Source of the DNA: a virus
Direction: 5' to 3' (one strand)
DNA: 64,000 nucleotides
Virus record (IMG/VR): IMGVR_UViG_3300037307_000721
Shown here: positions 1 to 8,645 of the stretch, piece by piece
Position numbering within the stretch: position 1 is the first letter of the stretch
How the letters are laid out: each line of letters opens with the position of its first letter
Notes under the pieces: model-generated
Seen by the model: only the letters and a program-made list of their open reading frames with translations
The model's database searches: none
What the model was told of the DNA's origin: nothing
Program-made: the position numbers and the translations under genes

Positions 1-330
1 CGCGCAGGCGCGCGCAGGCGCGCGTGCGCGCGGGCGATCCCCCCAGAGATCGCGCACGCGCGCGGGCGCGTGCGCGCGGGCGCATGCGCGTGCGATCCCC
101 TCGAGTCCCAGAGATCGCGGGCGCACGCGCGCGCGGGCGCGCACGCATGCGCGCGGGCGCGATGGCACGCACCACGAACCACGGACCACCAGAGATCGCA
201 GGCGCGTGCGCGTGCGCGTGCGCGTGCGCGTGGCGCGTGCTCCGCGGGATCGCGGGCGCGCGATGGTCCGGGGCGTGCGGCGTGGCGCGGTCGTGCGGCG
301 TGTCTCGGACGCGCAGCGTGGCTCAGGCTA
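1..330. repeat. Low-complexity CG/TG-alternating non-coding region with (GCGCGT)x5 at 202-231 and CCAGAGATCGC x3 (43-53, 108-118, 189-199)
   Basis: Repeats read directly from sequence; ORFs here are Arg/Ala junk. Confidence 0.8.
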
Positions 331-437
331 GCTCGATGCAAGGATCGGACCAACTTGCGAAATGCGATTTTTTCGAGAAAAAACCGTCTGAAAGCTCAAC
401 GATTCTCGAAGTTTGTGAAATAGTTTCAAAAACCCGC

Positions 438-466
438 TTGACTTTTGCGGCGAATTTTGGGAAAAT
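438..466 (+). promoter_or_regulatory. Sigma70-like promoter TTGACT-N17-GAAAAT with upstream TGAAA-tag-TTTCA (416-428)
   Basis: AT-rich island directly upstream of RBS GGAGGA and ATG 521. Confidence 0.65.
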
Positions 467-520
467 GTTCTCATGCTTCACGGAACGATGGCAAACGCAG
501 CTAACCACGGAGGAACGGAC

Positions 521-1012
521 ATGACGACCCTGGCGACCCTGGCACTGTGCACCGTTGTTGCGTACCTGGTCTACCGCGCGCTGGACACCGGCGCCCCGGC
601 TGGCTGGTACCTCACCCTTCCGACCACCACCCCCCGCCCCGCTACCGTGCAGAGCGGCAACCCCTGCTGGGCCACCAGCGGGACCATCGAGTCGGACAAC
701 GCGAGCGTGGACCTGCGCGGCGCCTGGGCCACCCCGAGCGTGTGCGCGACGGTGCCCGTGGCCGCTGGCGAGCAGGCCCCGGCCCGTGCGGACGCGGCCG
801 CCTGGACCCTGGCGCTCCCCCGTGTGCAGGCCGTCGTCGGCGCCCTGTGCTTCCAGCTCGATGGGCAGGCCGTGAAGGTGTCCGAGTCGGACGCGGCGGG
901 TGCGTGGCAGGTGACGGACCGCTTCACGGACAAGGTGCTCGCGAGGGTGAGCGCGAAGATCGCATGCGGGCGCGATGGCCGTACCACCAAGCTCACGGCG
1001 GAGGTGCTCTGA
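521..1012 (+). CDS. Hypothetical protein with N-terminal membrane anchor/signal
   Basis: RBS GGAGGA, hydrophobic N-terminus (LATLALCTVVAYLVY), TGATG coupling to next gene. Confidence 0.75.
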   Translation: MTTLATLALCTVVAYLVYRALDTGAPAGWYLTLPTTTPRPATVQSGNPCWATSGTIESDNASVDLRGAWATPSVCATVPVAAGEQAPARADAAAWTLALPRVQAVVGALCFQLDGQAVKVSESDAAGAWQVTDRFTDKVLARVSAKIACGRDGRTTKLTAEVL

Positions 1013-2967
1013 TGGCCGCCACGTACCTGCGCTGCAAGTGCGACGCCCCGGTCCAGGCCCCGACCCGCACCGTGTTCATGCGCTGGGTCCAGGACTTCTA
1101 CGCCGCTAGCGGCATGGCCGCGCTGCTCGCCGGAGTGTGCGGGCGCACCGACCGCGAGGGTTGCTGGTGGGAGATCTCCGGCGACGACGACGGCGCCACC
1201 GAGCTGAGCATGCTGCGCGGTAGCGCGCGCAATACTGCCGGCGCCCTCGAGGCTGTGCTTCTGCCGTACCTGTGCATGGCCGCCGCGTCCGAGCTCCGCC
1301 ACGAGGACTGCTGCCACGGCGACCGCAAGGACGCCCTGTACGCGGCCATCAAGTGCTACAAGAGCGGCTGGGACTACCAGGCGCCCTGCCCCGACTGCGA
1401 CCCCGACGGCGCGCTCCGCTTCCTGCGCTACGCCTACGCCCTGTTCACCGAGTGCGACTGGGCGCAGGCGTACGGCGGCAAGGCGTGGGCGGCCATCGTC
1501 GAGGCGGCCATCGTGCGGCTCGAGCAGCGCTACCTGGAGCGCGGGCGCGCGATCCCGGCGGCCACGGCGCCCCGGACCGGCGACCGCTGCCCCTGCCACC
1601 AGCGCCTGTACGCCGACGCCTACGGCCCCAAGTGGGCGCTCCGCTGCCCCAACACGCAGGACAACGGCCCCGAGGTCAACGTGGTGCGCTTCTGCCGCAA
1701 GGTCGAGGTGTTCGCGGACTACGTGCTCGACCTGGAGCACAACACCGGGTCGTGCCTGAACAAGGGCTGGCTGCACGTGGACTTCGACGCGCTGCACACC
1801 TTCCAGGACATGAAGCGCAACGCCGACCCGATGGAGTGGGCCGGCGCCATGTACCCCCGCGTTGCGGCGCGCGTGCTGGCGCGGCGCCCGGCCCCGAGCT
1901 GGGCCGCGGCCCCGGTCAAGGCGAATGCGGCCATCGCACCCGCGTGCGATTGCACGACCACGGCCACCGTGTTCGGCACCACGCCCAAGGGCTCGGGCTA
2001 CGAGCTGACCGCGGACCCCTGCCCCAACGGTCAGGCCGTGGTCACGGGCAAGTACAACGGCGCCACCTGCGAGTGGCCGACCCTGGTGTGCGGCTCGATG
2101 GCCGCCGCGCAGGCGTACATGGACGGCCTGATGGCCGAGCTGGTGGCCAAGGGCACCTCGGCTGGCAAGGCGTGGCGCGCCAGCGTCAAGTGCCCCGCGT
2201 GCGGCAAGCTGAGCATGCAGGGCTACGCCTGCGACTGCTGCCCCACGGACGGCCCGGACGGGTCGGACCCGCTGAATCCCGAGGACTTCACGGAGTCCTC
2301 GGGATCGGGCGCCTGCGATCCCACGGCCAGCGCGACCTACTGCGCGGCGTGCGACGCGGACCCGTGCACCTGCACCAAGTCCATGACCCTGGACGTGCAG
2401 GGTTGCGAGGTGCAGATTACCGCGTACCACGGCCCCACCGAGGGTGCCCCGTGGCCGGGCAAGGTCGAGTTCAGCGCGGAAGCGCTGCCCGGCGAGTACG
2501 ACTTCAGCACGCCGAGCATTCACACGCAGGTCCGGTGCCCCTCGTGGGCGGACGCCAAGGCCCTGTGGGCGCACCTGACCACCAAGTTCGGCCAGGGCAA
2601 GTGCTGCCACCCGCTGCGCGCCACGCCGAGCAAGCTCCTGACCGTGTTCGGCAAGTACCAGTGGCCGCACGCGGGCGGTAGCGTCGTGCAGTCCCTGAGC
2701 GCGCTCCCGTCCGTGCTGGGGCTCGCGACCTGGAAGGACACCGTGGGCGGGGGCTGCAAGGCCACGGTCGAGCTGGGCGGCGCGCCCAAGTACATGGTGC
2801 TGGCGTCGCCGACCCCGGCCGGGGGCAAGGTGCTCGTGCTCGACCCGGACTCGATGAACGTGCTCGCCAAGTGCGAGGTCAAGGGCTCGATGGGCCAGGT
2901 CAAGGCCCTGGCCAAGACCACGGCGGCCAAGCTGGTGGACGGCGCGGCGCCCGCGGAGGTGCTCTAG
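1012..2967 (+). CDS. Large Cys-rich hypothetical phage protein (W-x3-YGGKAW ... DLEHNTG domain plus several CxxC clusters)
   Basis: RBS GGAGG, ATG overlapping upstream TGA, strong GC3 codon bias. Confidence 0.8.
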   Translation: MAATYLRCKCDAPVQAPTRTVFMRWVQDFYAASGMAALLAGVCGRTDREGCWWEISGDDDGATELSMLRGSARNTAGALEAVLLPYLCMAAASELRHEDCCHGDRKDALYAAIKCYKSGWDYQAPCPDCDPDGALRFLRYAYALFTECDWAQAYGGKAWAAIVEAAIVRLEQRYLERGRAIPAATAPRTGDRCPCHQRLYADAYGPKWALRCPNTQDNGPEVNVVRFCRKVEVFADYVLDLEHNTGSCLNKGWLHVDFDALHTFQDMKRNADPMEWAGAMYPRVAARVLARRPAPSWAAAPVKANAAIAPACDCTTTATVFGTTPKGSGYELTADPCPNGQAVVTGKYNGATCEWPTLVCGSMAAAQAYMDGLMAELVAKGTSAGKAWRASVKCPACGKLSMQGYACDCCPTDGPDGSDPLNPEDFTESSGSGACDPTASATYCAACDADPCTCTKSMTLDVQGCEVQITAYHGPTEGAPWPGKVEFSAEALPGEYDFSTPSIHTQVRCPSWADAKALWAHLTTKFGQGKCCHPLRATPSKLLTVFGKYQWPHAGGSVVQSLSALPSVLGLATWKDTVGGGCKATVELGGAPKYMVLASPTPAGGKVLVLDPDSMNVLAKCEVKGSMGQVKALAKTTAAKLVDGAAPAEVL

Positions 2968-3467
2968 TGGCAACGGTGCTTAACATCACGAACGGCAAGG
3001 GCTTTCGGTCGTGCACGCACGGGACCATCAAGCGGGTCGAACTGGACCCGGACGTGCCCGGCAAGCTGTACGGCGCAGCGGGCGCGTACCTGAAACCGCG
3101 CGACCTGGCCACCGTGGGCGCGCAGGTGTACGTGCCCCTGGCCGGTATCGCGCACGGCGCGGCGCACGGATTCCCGGGCACCGTGCTCAACTGGCGCATG
3201 CAGGACTACGGGTGCTGGTCGGCGGCCACGCTACGCAGGCGGGCGCGGCGCCTGGCCCAGCTCGTGCTCGACGGCTGGACCGTGGTGGTGGCTTGCCACG
3301 GCGGCCACGGACGCACGGGCACCGTGCTCGCAGCGGTCGCGGTCGAGCTGGGGATCGCGGGCGCGTGCTCGGACCCCGTGGCCTGGATTCGCGAGTGGTG
3401 CCCCTGCGCGGTCGAGGCTGAGGTGCAGGAGGACACGCTGGCCGCCCTCGCGTGGGGGCAGGAGTAG
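2967..3467 (+). CDS. Protein-tyrosine/dual-specificity phosphatase family protein
   Basis: CX5R loop VACHGGHGRTGT, C-terminal AVE-x3-Q; GTG start overlapping TAG, RBS GGAGG. Confidence 0.85.
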   Translation: MATVLNITNGKGFRSCTHGTIKRVELDPDVPGKLYGAAGAYLKPRDLATVGAQVYVPLAGIAHGAAHGFPGTVLNWRMQDYGCWSAATLRRRARRLAQLVLDGWTVVVACHGGHGRTGTVLAAVAVELGIAGACSDPVAWIREWCPCAVEAEVQEDTLAALAWGQE

Positions 3468-3470
3468 GCC

Positions 3471-3815
3471 ATGCGGACCACGCTCCTAGCGCTCGTGCTC
3501 GTGCTCGTGCCCGTGACCCCGGCCGAGCGCGCGCTCCGCGCGCGAATGCTCGGACCCGGGGCCAGGCGATACGCTACCCGACCCGTGCGACACGCGGCGC
3601 GGGTCGGGTGCGACGGGCAGCGGGGCACGGGGCACGGCCCCGGCCCCGGCCCTGGGGGCTCCAGCCGGTCAGCCGGCGCGGGGCAGCCGGGCTTTCAGGG
3701 GCAGCCGGGCTTTCAGCCGCGGGAAGGTTCCAAGTCCGGAGCGCAAACCGGACTCGCGGGATCGATACCCGCTCGCGGCACCGATGGCAACGCACAGGAG
3801 GAATGCCATGAGTAG
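3471..3815 (+). CDS. Possible small secreted low-complexity protein (GQPGFQ x2)
   Basis: RBS GGAG, hydrophobic N-terminus; remainder low complexity. Confidence 0.4.
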   Translation: MRTTLLALVLVLVPVTPAERALRARMLGPGARRYATRPVRHAARVGCDGQRGTGHGPGPGPGGSSRSAGAGQPGFQGQPGFQPREGSKSGAQTGLAGSIPARGTDGNAQEECHE

Positions 3816-4938
3816 CGCAGCGACGACGAATTCTGGAACGATTACGGTAACATTGCCCGAGTCCCTGGGATCGTGGACGGGCACGATCCACGCGGCTATC
3901 GCGATCTTGAACCGCCCGGCCGCTGGCGTGTACGGGTTGCGGCTCAAGTCCGTGCTCGAGTCGCACCCCGAGGTCAAGCTCCAGACCGCGGACCTGGACG
4001 CGCTGTTGACGGCGGCGCAGGCGCTCGGCGAGCGGCTCGTGCGGCTGGCCTGGTGGTCCAACCCGCAGCACGACGCGGGCTGGCAGTCGCGCGCGGTCAA
4101 CGCGGCGCGGGCGCTGCTCGCCAGCGCTGGCACGTCAACCCCCGTTCGGTCCGAGCTGGAAGCGCGCGTGCGCGACGGCGAGCGCGTGGTGAACATGAGC
4201 GCGTCCGGCGGCGCGAAGCGCTGCGCGGCTGAGTGGCGCAGGCTGAGCGCGGAGGCGAGCACCGAGGGCACCCCGCTGAGCTGGAAGGAGCACGCGCCCC
4301 GGCTGCGCGCGGCCGTGTGGCAGGCGATGGGCCTGGCGCAGTCGCGGCGCGTGGCCGAGCTCGACGAGGAGTGCGAGTCGCCGCGCCCCTGGACGCCTGG
4401 CGCCCCGCCCCCGTGCGGCGGCATCACGTCCGGCGAGCTGGCGAAGCGCGACCCGCGCGAGATCGCGGGATGCTTCCCGGTGCCTGACCCCGTGCACGCG
4501 ACCCGCGCGGCGTACAAGGCGAAGCACGAGCGCAAGGCGCACTACCAGCGCGTGCGCGCGGCGCGCATGAAGCGCGAGCGCGCGGCCACCGTGGCCTGGC
4601 TCGCGGCCAACAAAAAGACGCGCGCGAGGGTCGAGCTGGCCCCGTGCGATGGCTCGTGCACGGACCCCCGGCGGACCGAGGACCACGCGGCGCACGTCGT
4701 GGCCTGGCGCGCGGAGCAGGCGAGGATCGCGCGGCGCGCGAAGCAGGCGCGCGGCGCCGTGGACTGGCGCGACCCGGGCTTGCGCGACTTCGAGGGCAAC
4801 CCCCGCCCGGCGCGCCCCGTGTGCTCGTGCTGCAACATGAGGCTCCCGCTCCGGCTGGTCGCGGGCGATACCGTCGCCCCCGAGGTCGAGTGCCCCGCCT
4901 GCAACGCGCTGCTGCTGCTGCTGCTGCTGCTGTCCTAG
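3808..4938 (+). CDS. Hypothetical protein with C-terminal Zn ribbon (CSCC...CPAC) and poly-Leu tail
   Basis: RBS AGGAGG, codon bias. Confidence 0.75.
   Translation: MSSAATTNSGTITVTLPESLGSWTGTIHAAIAILNRPAAGVYGLRLKSVLESHPEVKLQTADLDALLTAAQALGERLVRLAWWSNPQHDAGWQSRAVNAARALLASAGTSTPVRSELEARVRDGERVVNMSASGGAKRCAAEWRRLSAEASTEGTPLSWKEHAPRLRAAVWQAMGLAQSRRVAELDEECESPRPWTPGAPPPCGGITSGELAKRDPREIAGCFPVPDPVHATRAAYKAKHERKAHYQRVRAARMKRERAATVAWLAANKKTRARVELAPCDGSCTDPRRTEDHAAHVVAWRAEQARIARRAKQARGAVDWRDPGLRDFEGNPRPARPVCSCCNMRLPLRLVAGDTVAPEVECPACNALLLLLLLLS
4909..4932 (+). repeat. (CTG)8 trinucleotide repeat
   Basis: Read directly. Confidence 0.95.
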
Positions 4939-5247
4939 TTCCCGCCCCTTCCCCCCGCAAGCTTTAACTCCCTGAATTCAAAGCGCATTTCGCCCGAGCG
5001 ACGCATCGCGGCGCGCGCTATCCCATTGATTAGAATCAGGTTTTCGCTGCGACGCGCTAGGATGCGTTTTAAGCGCGTTAAACTTTGCGCGAGGGTCAAG
5101 ATACCGGGGCAAGCTGAAAAACGCCCTGGCGAGGCTTCCAGGGGCCTTGCGCGCGAAGTTTTGCGGGAACCTGAGACGCGATTTCTCGCGTGCGCGCGAT
5201 CCCCGGGGCCTGGATTCTCTCGGGCGTTGTTGCGGATTCTCACGCGG

Positions 5248-5288
5248 GCGCGATGGTTTAGCTGGGGGTTTCGCGCGATGGTTTAGCT
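5248..5288. repeat. 16-bp direct repeat GCGCGATGGTTTAGCT x2 (5248-5263, 5273-5288)
   Basis: Read directly; intergenic. Confidence 0.9.
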
Positions 5289-5355
5289 CGGGGCGCCCGG
5301 ATTTCGGGGCTCCGGCGTAGCTCCGGAGCGTAGCGTAGCGTGGTACGAAAATTGT

Positions 5356-5415
5356 TTGAAATTTCAAGGCTTTGCGAAAAAGGGTTGACTTCGCAAAACT
5401 TTGTGTCAAAATGTT
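5356..5415 (+). promoter_or_regulatory. Sigma70-like promoter (TTGACT 5385-5390, CAAAAT 5407-5412) with palindrome TTGAAATTTCAA and inverted repeat TTTGCGAA-N11-TTCGCAAA
   Basis: AT-rich island similar to the 416-466 promoter. Confidence 0.65.
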
Positions 5416-5599
5416 TGAAAATTCGCAAAACTTCGCGCCCCGCGATGCACCCGTGCTGGCGGGTCGTGCACCTCAACCGAGCATAGGGCTCGGCCTCCGG
5501 TGCGTTGCCATCGTTCCTCCGGTACGGGGGCATCGCGGAGCGCGAAGGAGTAGCGAGATCACGCGCGGGGCTACGGCCCAGAAAGGACAGGAGTTGAAC

Positions 5600-6109
5600 A
5601 TGGCCAAGGAACCCAAGAGCTACGCGGACAAGCTCGCCGACAAGATCGAGCAGGCCCAGCTCGGCGCGGACGCCTGGGAGCACCCGGACTTCCGCTCCGC
5701 CACCAAGCGCAGCACCAAGGCCAAGAAGGCGCAGGCGCGCGAGATCGCGCGCGAGGACATGACCGAGGACTGCCAGTTCGCCATCGCGCGCAAGCTCTCG
5801 ATGGCCAAGGAGATCGCGCGCGAGGTCAAGGCGCACCCCGAGAACCTGGCCGTGCTCGACCCCGCCAGCGCCAAGGCCAAGGCCACCGAGTCCGAGGCCA
5901 AGGCCAAGGCGAAGGAGCTGGCCAAGGCCAACAAGGCGCTCGAGGCCAAGCTGGCCGCGCTCGTGACCGCGCTCCAGACCGGCACCGTCACCAAGAAGGT
6001 CAAGGCCATCGTGGCCGCCGCGTCGTGCGCGGAGTCCGCGCCCGAGGCCAGCACCAGCACCCCCACCCCGAGCGCGGAGTCGGCCACCAGCCAGGAGGCC
6101 GGCAACTAG
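5600..6109 (+). CDS. Lys/Ala-rich helical hypothetical protein
   Basis: RBS AGGAG, very strong codon bias. Confidence 0.85.
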   Translation: MAKEPKSYADKLADKIEQAQLGADAWEHPDFRSATKRSTKAKKAQAREIAREDMTEDCQFAIARKLSMAKEIAREVKAHPENLAVLDPASAKAKATESEAKAKAKELAKANKALEAKLAALVTALQTGTVTKKVKAIVAAASCAESAPEASTSTPTPSAESATSQEAGN

Positions 6110-6128
6110 GATCGCACGCACGCGCAAA

Positions 6129-6201
6129 CCCCCGAAATGGCGCGGCCATGTGCCGCGTCATAGCGCCGGCTGGACCCCGGCGCCTGATGATGGGAGCCTA
6201 G
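6129..6201 (+). ncRNA. Type II hammerhead ribozyme (predicted cleavage 3' of A6162)
   Basis: Core in correct order: CCCCC-GAAA-stem III (6137-6146/6152-6161)-UA-stem I (6163-6169/6177-6183)-CUGAUGA (6184-6190)-UGGG; stem II short. Confidence 0.8.
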
Positions 6202-6205
6202 CGCC

Positions 6206-7132
6206 ATGACCACGATCACCAAGGCGGACATCAAGCACGCCAAGATGCTCCTCGACGCGGACCCCGTGCCCCCGTCCGAGAGCAGCTTGGTGCCCGTGCT
6301 TGACGCGCGCGGCGAACCGACCGGGGAGATGATCTCCGGCGGGGAGCTGCTCGCGCGCCTGGACGTGGCGCGGCTGGCCGAGGCGGACCTGCTCGCGCGG
6401 CGCGCGGCGCAGGTTCGCGCGGACGCGCGCGATCCCGAGCTGGGGGTCGAGGGGCACGAGCTGGCCGCCGCCCTCGAGTGGCGCGACCGCGCGGCGGCGC
6501 TGCGCGAAACGGTGGCATCGTTCGCGAAGGATCGCGAGGACTTCCGGCGCGGGCGCGGTCGCTGGCGCCCGCTGTCCGTGCACGGGCCGGCCCGGGCGTT
6601 CGCGTCCGGCGTCGAGCTGTCGCCCACGGACTACTGCGTGTGCTCCGCGTGCGGCGTGCGGCGCGGGTTGGACAGCGAGGGCACGGTGCACGGCAAGTAC
6701 CGCCTGAGCAAGCGGGCGCCGGCGCAGCACTGCGCGGGCGTGTTCAAGCGAGAGTGGTCGGCGCCGGAGCGCTCGGAGCGCTTCGCGGTCGCGGCGGCGC
6801 GCGAGGCTGGCCGCCGGATGGCGCAGGAGTCCGGGTCCTCGGTCGAGTACGTGGACGTGCGCGATGCGAGCGGTACTTGGCTGCGCACCGAGGCGCGCGC
6901 GGAGGTGGGGTACGAGCTGGTGCTCCGCGCGGAGGAGCAGCTGCGCCCGGCCAAGGTGCCCGGCCCGGGCGGTATCGTGGAGCGCGGCGAGGCGCGGCAG
7001 ATCGCCCGCGCGGAGCGCGCCGCGGACGTGGCGTGGGCCTTGCGGCGTACCGAGGCGCGTGCTCGGCTGGAGGATCGTAAGGCGGGTCGAAAGAACCACG
7101 GCAAGCGAGGAGGTAGACGCGGCGGGCGGTAG
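6206..7132 (+). CDS. Hypothetical protein with CSAC...HC Zn-binding motif
   Basis: RBS GGGAG, codon bias. Confidence 0.8.
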   Translation: MTTITKADIKHAKMLLDADPVPPSESSLVPVLDARGEPTGEMISGGELLARLDVARLAEADLLARRAAQVRADARDPELGVEGHELAAALEWRDRAAALRETVASFAKDREDFRRGRGRWRPLSVHGPARAFASGVELSPTDYCVCSACGVRRGLDSEGTVHGKYRLSKRAPAQHCAGVFKREWSAPERSERFAVAAAREAGRRMAQESGSSVEYVDVRDASGTWLRTEARAEVGYELVLRAEEQLRPAKVPGPGGIVERGEARQIARAERAADVAWALRRTEARARLEDRKAGRKNHGKRGGRRGGR

Positions 7133-7314
7133 CGCCCGCTTTCCGGCGCGCATACTTGGCGTGGCGCGCCCCAACAACCTGGTGATGTCGCGCTCCTGCT
7201 CGTGAACAGTGCACGGGTTCAGTGCAGCGTGGCCAGTCTGTGCGCCGAAGCATGGGTGAATTGCGCCCGTGTGCCAGGTGCTAACAGTCCGAAACGATAG
7301 GACAAGTCTGCAAA

Positions 7315-7447
7315 GTGCCCAAGTGTGCCTTTGGTGTGCCTCATGTGCACGCGATAGGGCACGTTTCGGCACGCCCGAGCACGGGTTTGGCACGCCCGAG
7401 CACGGGTAAGGGCACACCAGGGCACACCCCGAGCACACGACTGGCAC
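7315..7447. repeat. Helically phased GTGC(C)/(G)GCAC array with orientation switch at GTGCAC 7345-7350; includes GGCACGCCCGAGCACGGGT x2
   Basis: GCAC at 7347, 7359, 7369, 7379, 7390, 7400, 7412, 7422, 7433, 7444; GTGC at 7315, 7325, 7336, 7345. Confidence 0.85.
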
Positions 7448-7487
7448 ATCGCGCGGCATCACCCCGAAACCGCAAAGGAAACTGGCA

Positions 7488-8513
7488 ATGCGAGTGAGCA
7501 TGGCGGCAAGCAACTATGGCCCGGTCCGCAACCTGGACCACCTGGGCGCGGCCAGACCGCGGCGCCTGAGCATGCGCGAGGCCATCGAGGCGCGCGCGAA
7601 GCAGGCGCAGGCGCTCGTGACGGCGCGCGCCGAGTGCGAGTGCGCGGCGACGCGCGAGCGCGAGCGCGCGGAGGCGGAGCGCGCAGCCGAGCTGGCCGCG
7701 GAGCTGCGAGCCGAGCGCGAGCTGGCCCGCTTCCAGCGCCAGCTGGACGCCGAGGCGCGCCAGGACGACCGGCGCGTGGCCCGCATCCTGCGCGAGTTCA
7801 CCCGCGAGCTGGACCGCCAGGCCAAGCGCGAGCGCAACGCGGCGCGGCGCAAGGCGCGGCGCGAGCGCGCCCGCCGGCACCGCGAGTACCTCGCCCGCGA
7901 GGCGCGGCGCGCGGCGGCCAGGCGCAAGCGCTACTCCCTGGTGTGGCGCGGGTCGCAGCCCCCGGCGTGGGCGGGTACCCCGGCCACGCAGCCGAGCGCG
8001 CGCAGCCGGGACCTGACCCCGCAGCCGGCCCCCAAGCCGGACACCCTGACCGCCACCGTGGCCGAGTACATCGCCGCCAGCGAGCGCGCGTGCGCGGCCC
8101 TGCTCCCGCTGCTCGACGCCTGCGAGCCCGAGCTCGAGACCAGGCGCTTCGACCCCGAGGACTACACCAACCCCGACCGCGGAGCCTACTCGGGCTCCGC
8201 CCTGGAGGTGAGGCACATGGACCGGGACGACCTGGACCTGTACGACGAGACGCAGCGCGACGAGCTGGCCTGGGTGTACCTCGGCCACAACGCCGTCGTG
8301 CGCCCGACCCACGCCTCGGTCGCGGCGCAGGCCCTGGGAGCCTGCCCGCCCGAGCTGGAGGCGCGGACCGACTGGGCCGCCCTCGAGGCCACCTGCAACG
8401 TGCGCATCCCCGAGGGCGCGGCGCCCGGGAGCCTGACCCCGGAGCGCGCCCGCGAGTTGATGCGCGTGGGCTCCGCGCCCGCTCAGCCGGCCAAGCCCGA
8501 GCTGCGCTTCTAG
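7488..8513 (+). CDS. Hypothetical protein, N-terminal charged coiled coil
   Basis: RBS AAGGA, codon bias. Confidence 0.8.
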   Translation: MRVSMAASNYGPVRNLDHLGAARPRRLSMREAIEARAKQAQALVTARAECECAATRERERAEAERAAELAAELRAERELARFQRQLDAEARQDDRRVARILREFTRELDRQAKRERNAARRKARRERARRHREYLAREARRAAARRKRYSLVWRGSQPPAWAGTPATQPSARSRDLTPQPAPKPDTLTATVAEYIAASERACAALLPLLDACEPELETRRFDPEDYTNPDRGAYSGSALEVRHMDRDDLDLYDETQRDELAWVYLGHNAVVRPTHASVAAQALGACPPELEARTDWAALEATCNVRIPEGAAPGSLTPERARELMRVGSAPAQPAKPELRF

Positions 8514-8528
8514 GAACACCAAGAACAG

Positions 8529-8626
8529 CCAGCGCCACCAGGCGAGGACCGGAGGTGCAGCCATGCCACCAGCCTGGGGAAAGCCCAGGCGGCCGGACCG
8601 AGCCGGTCCTGGCCTGGTGGCGCTGG
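8529..8626 (+). ncRNA. Candidate structured intergenic RNA (multi-way junction)
   Basis: 14-bp perfect stem 8529-8542/8613-8626, 8-bp stem 8545-8552/8603-8610, GCCTGGG/CCCAGGC hairpin 8572-8590. Confidence 0.55.
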
Positions 8627-8645
8627 CGCATCCGGAGGAACGACC

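Noticed and set aside
7368-7447. CRISPR or mini-array reading of the repeats
   Set aside because: Units are 5-21 bp with no unique spacers of CRISPR length, and no cas operon is present; the PD-(D/E)XK gene sits with UvrD.
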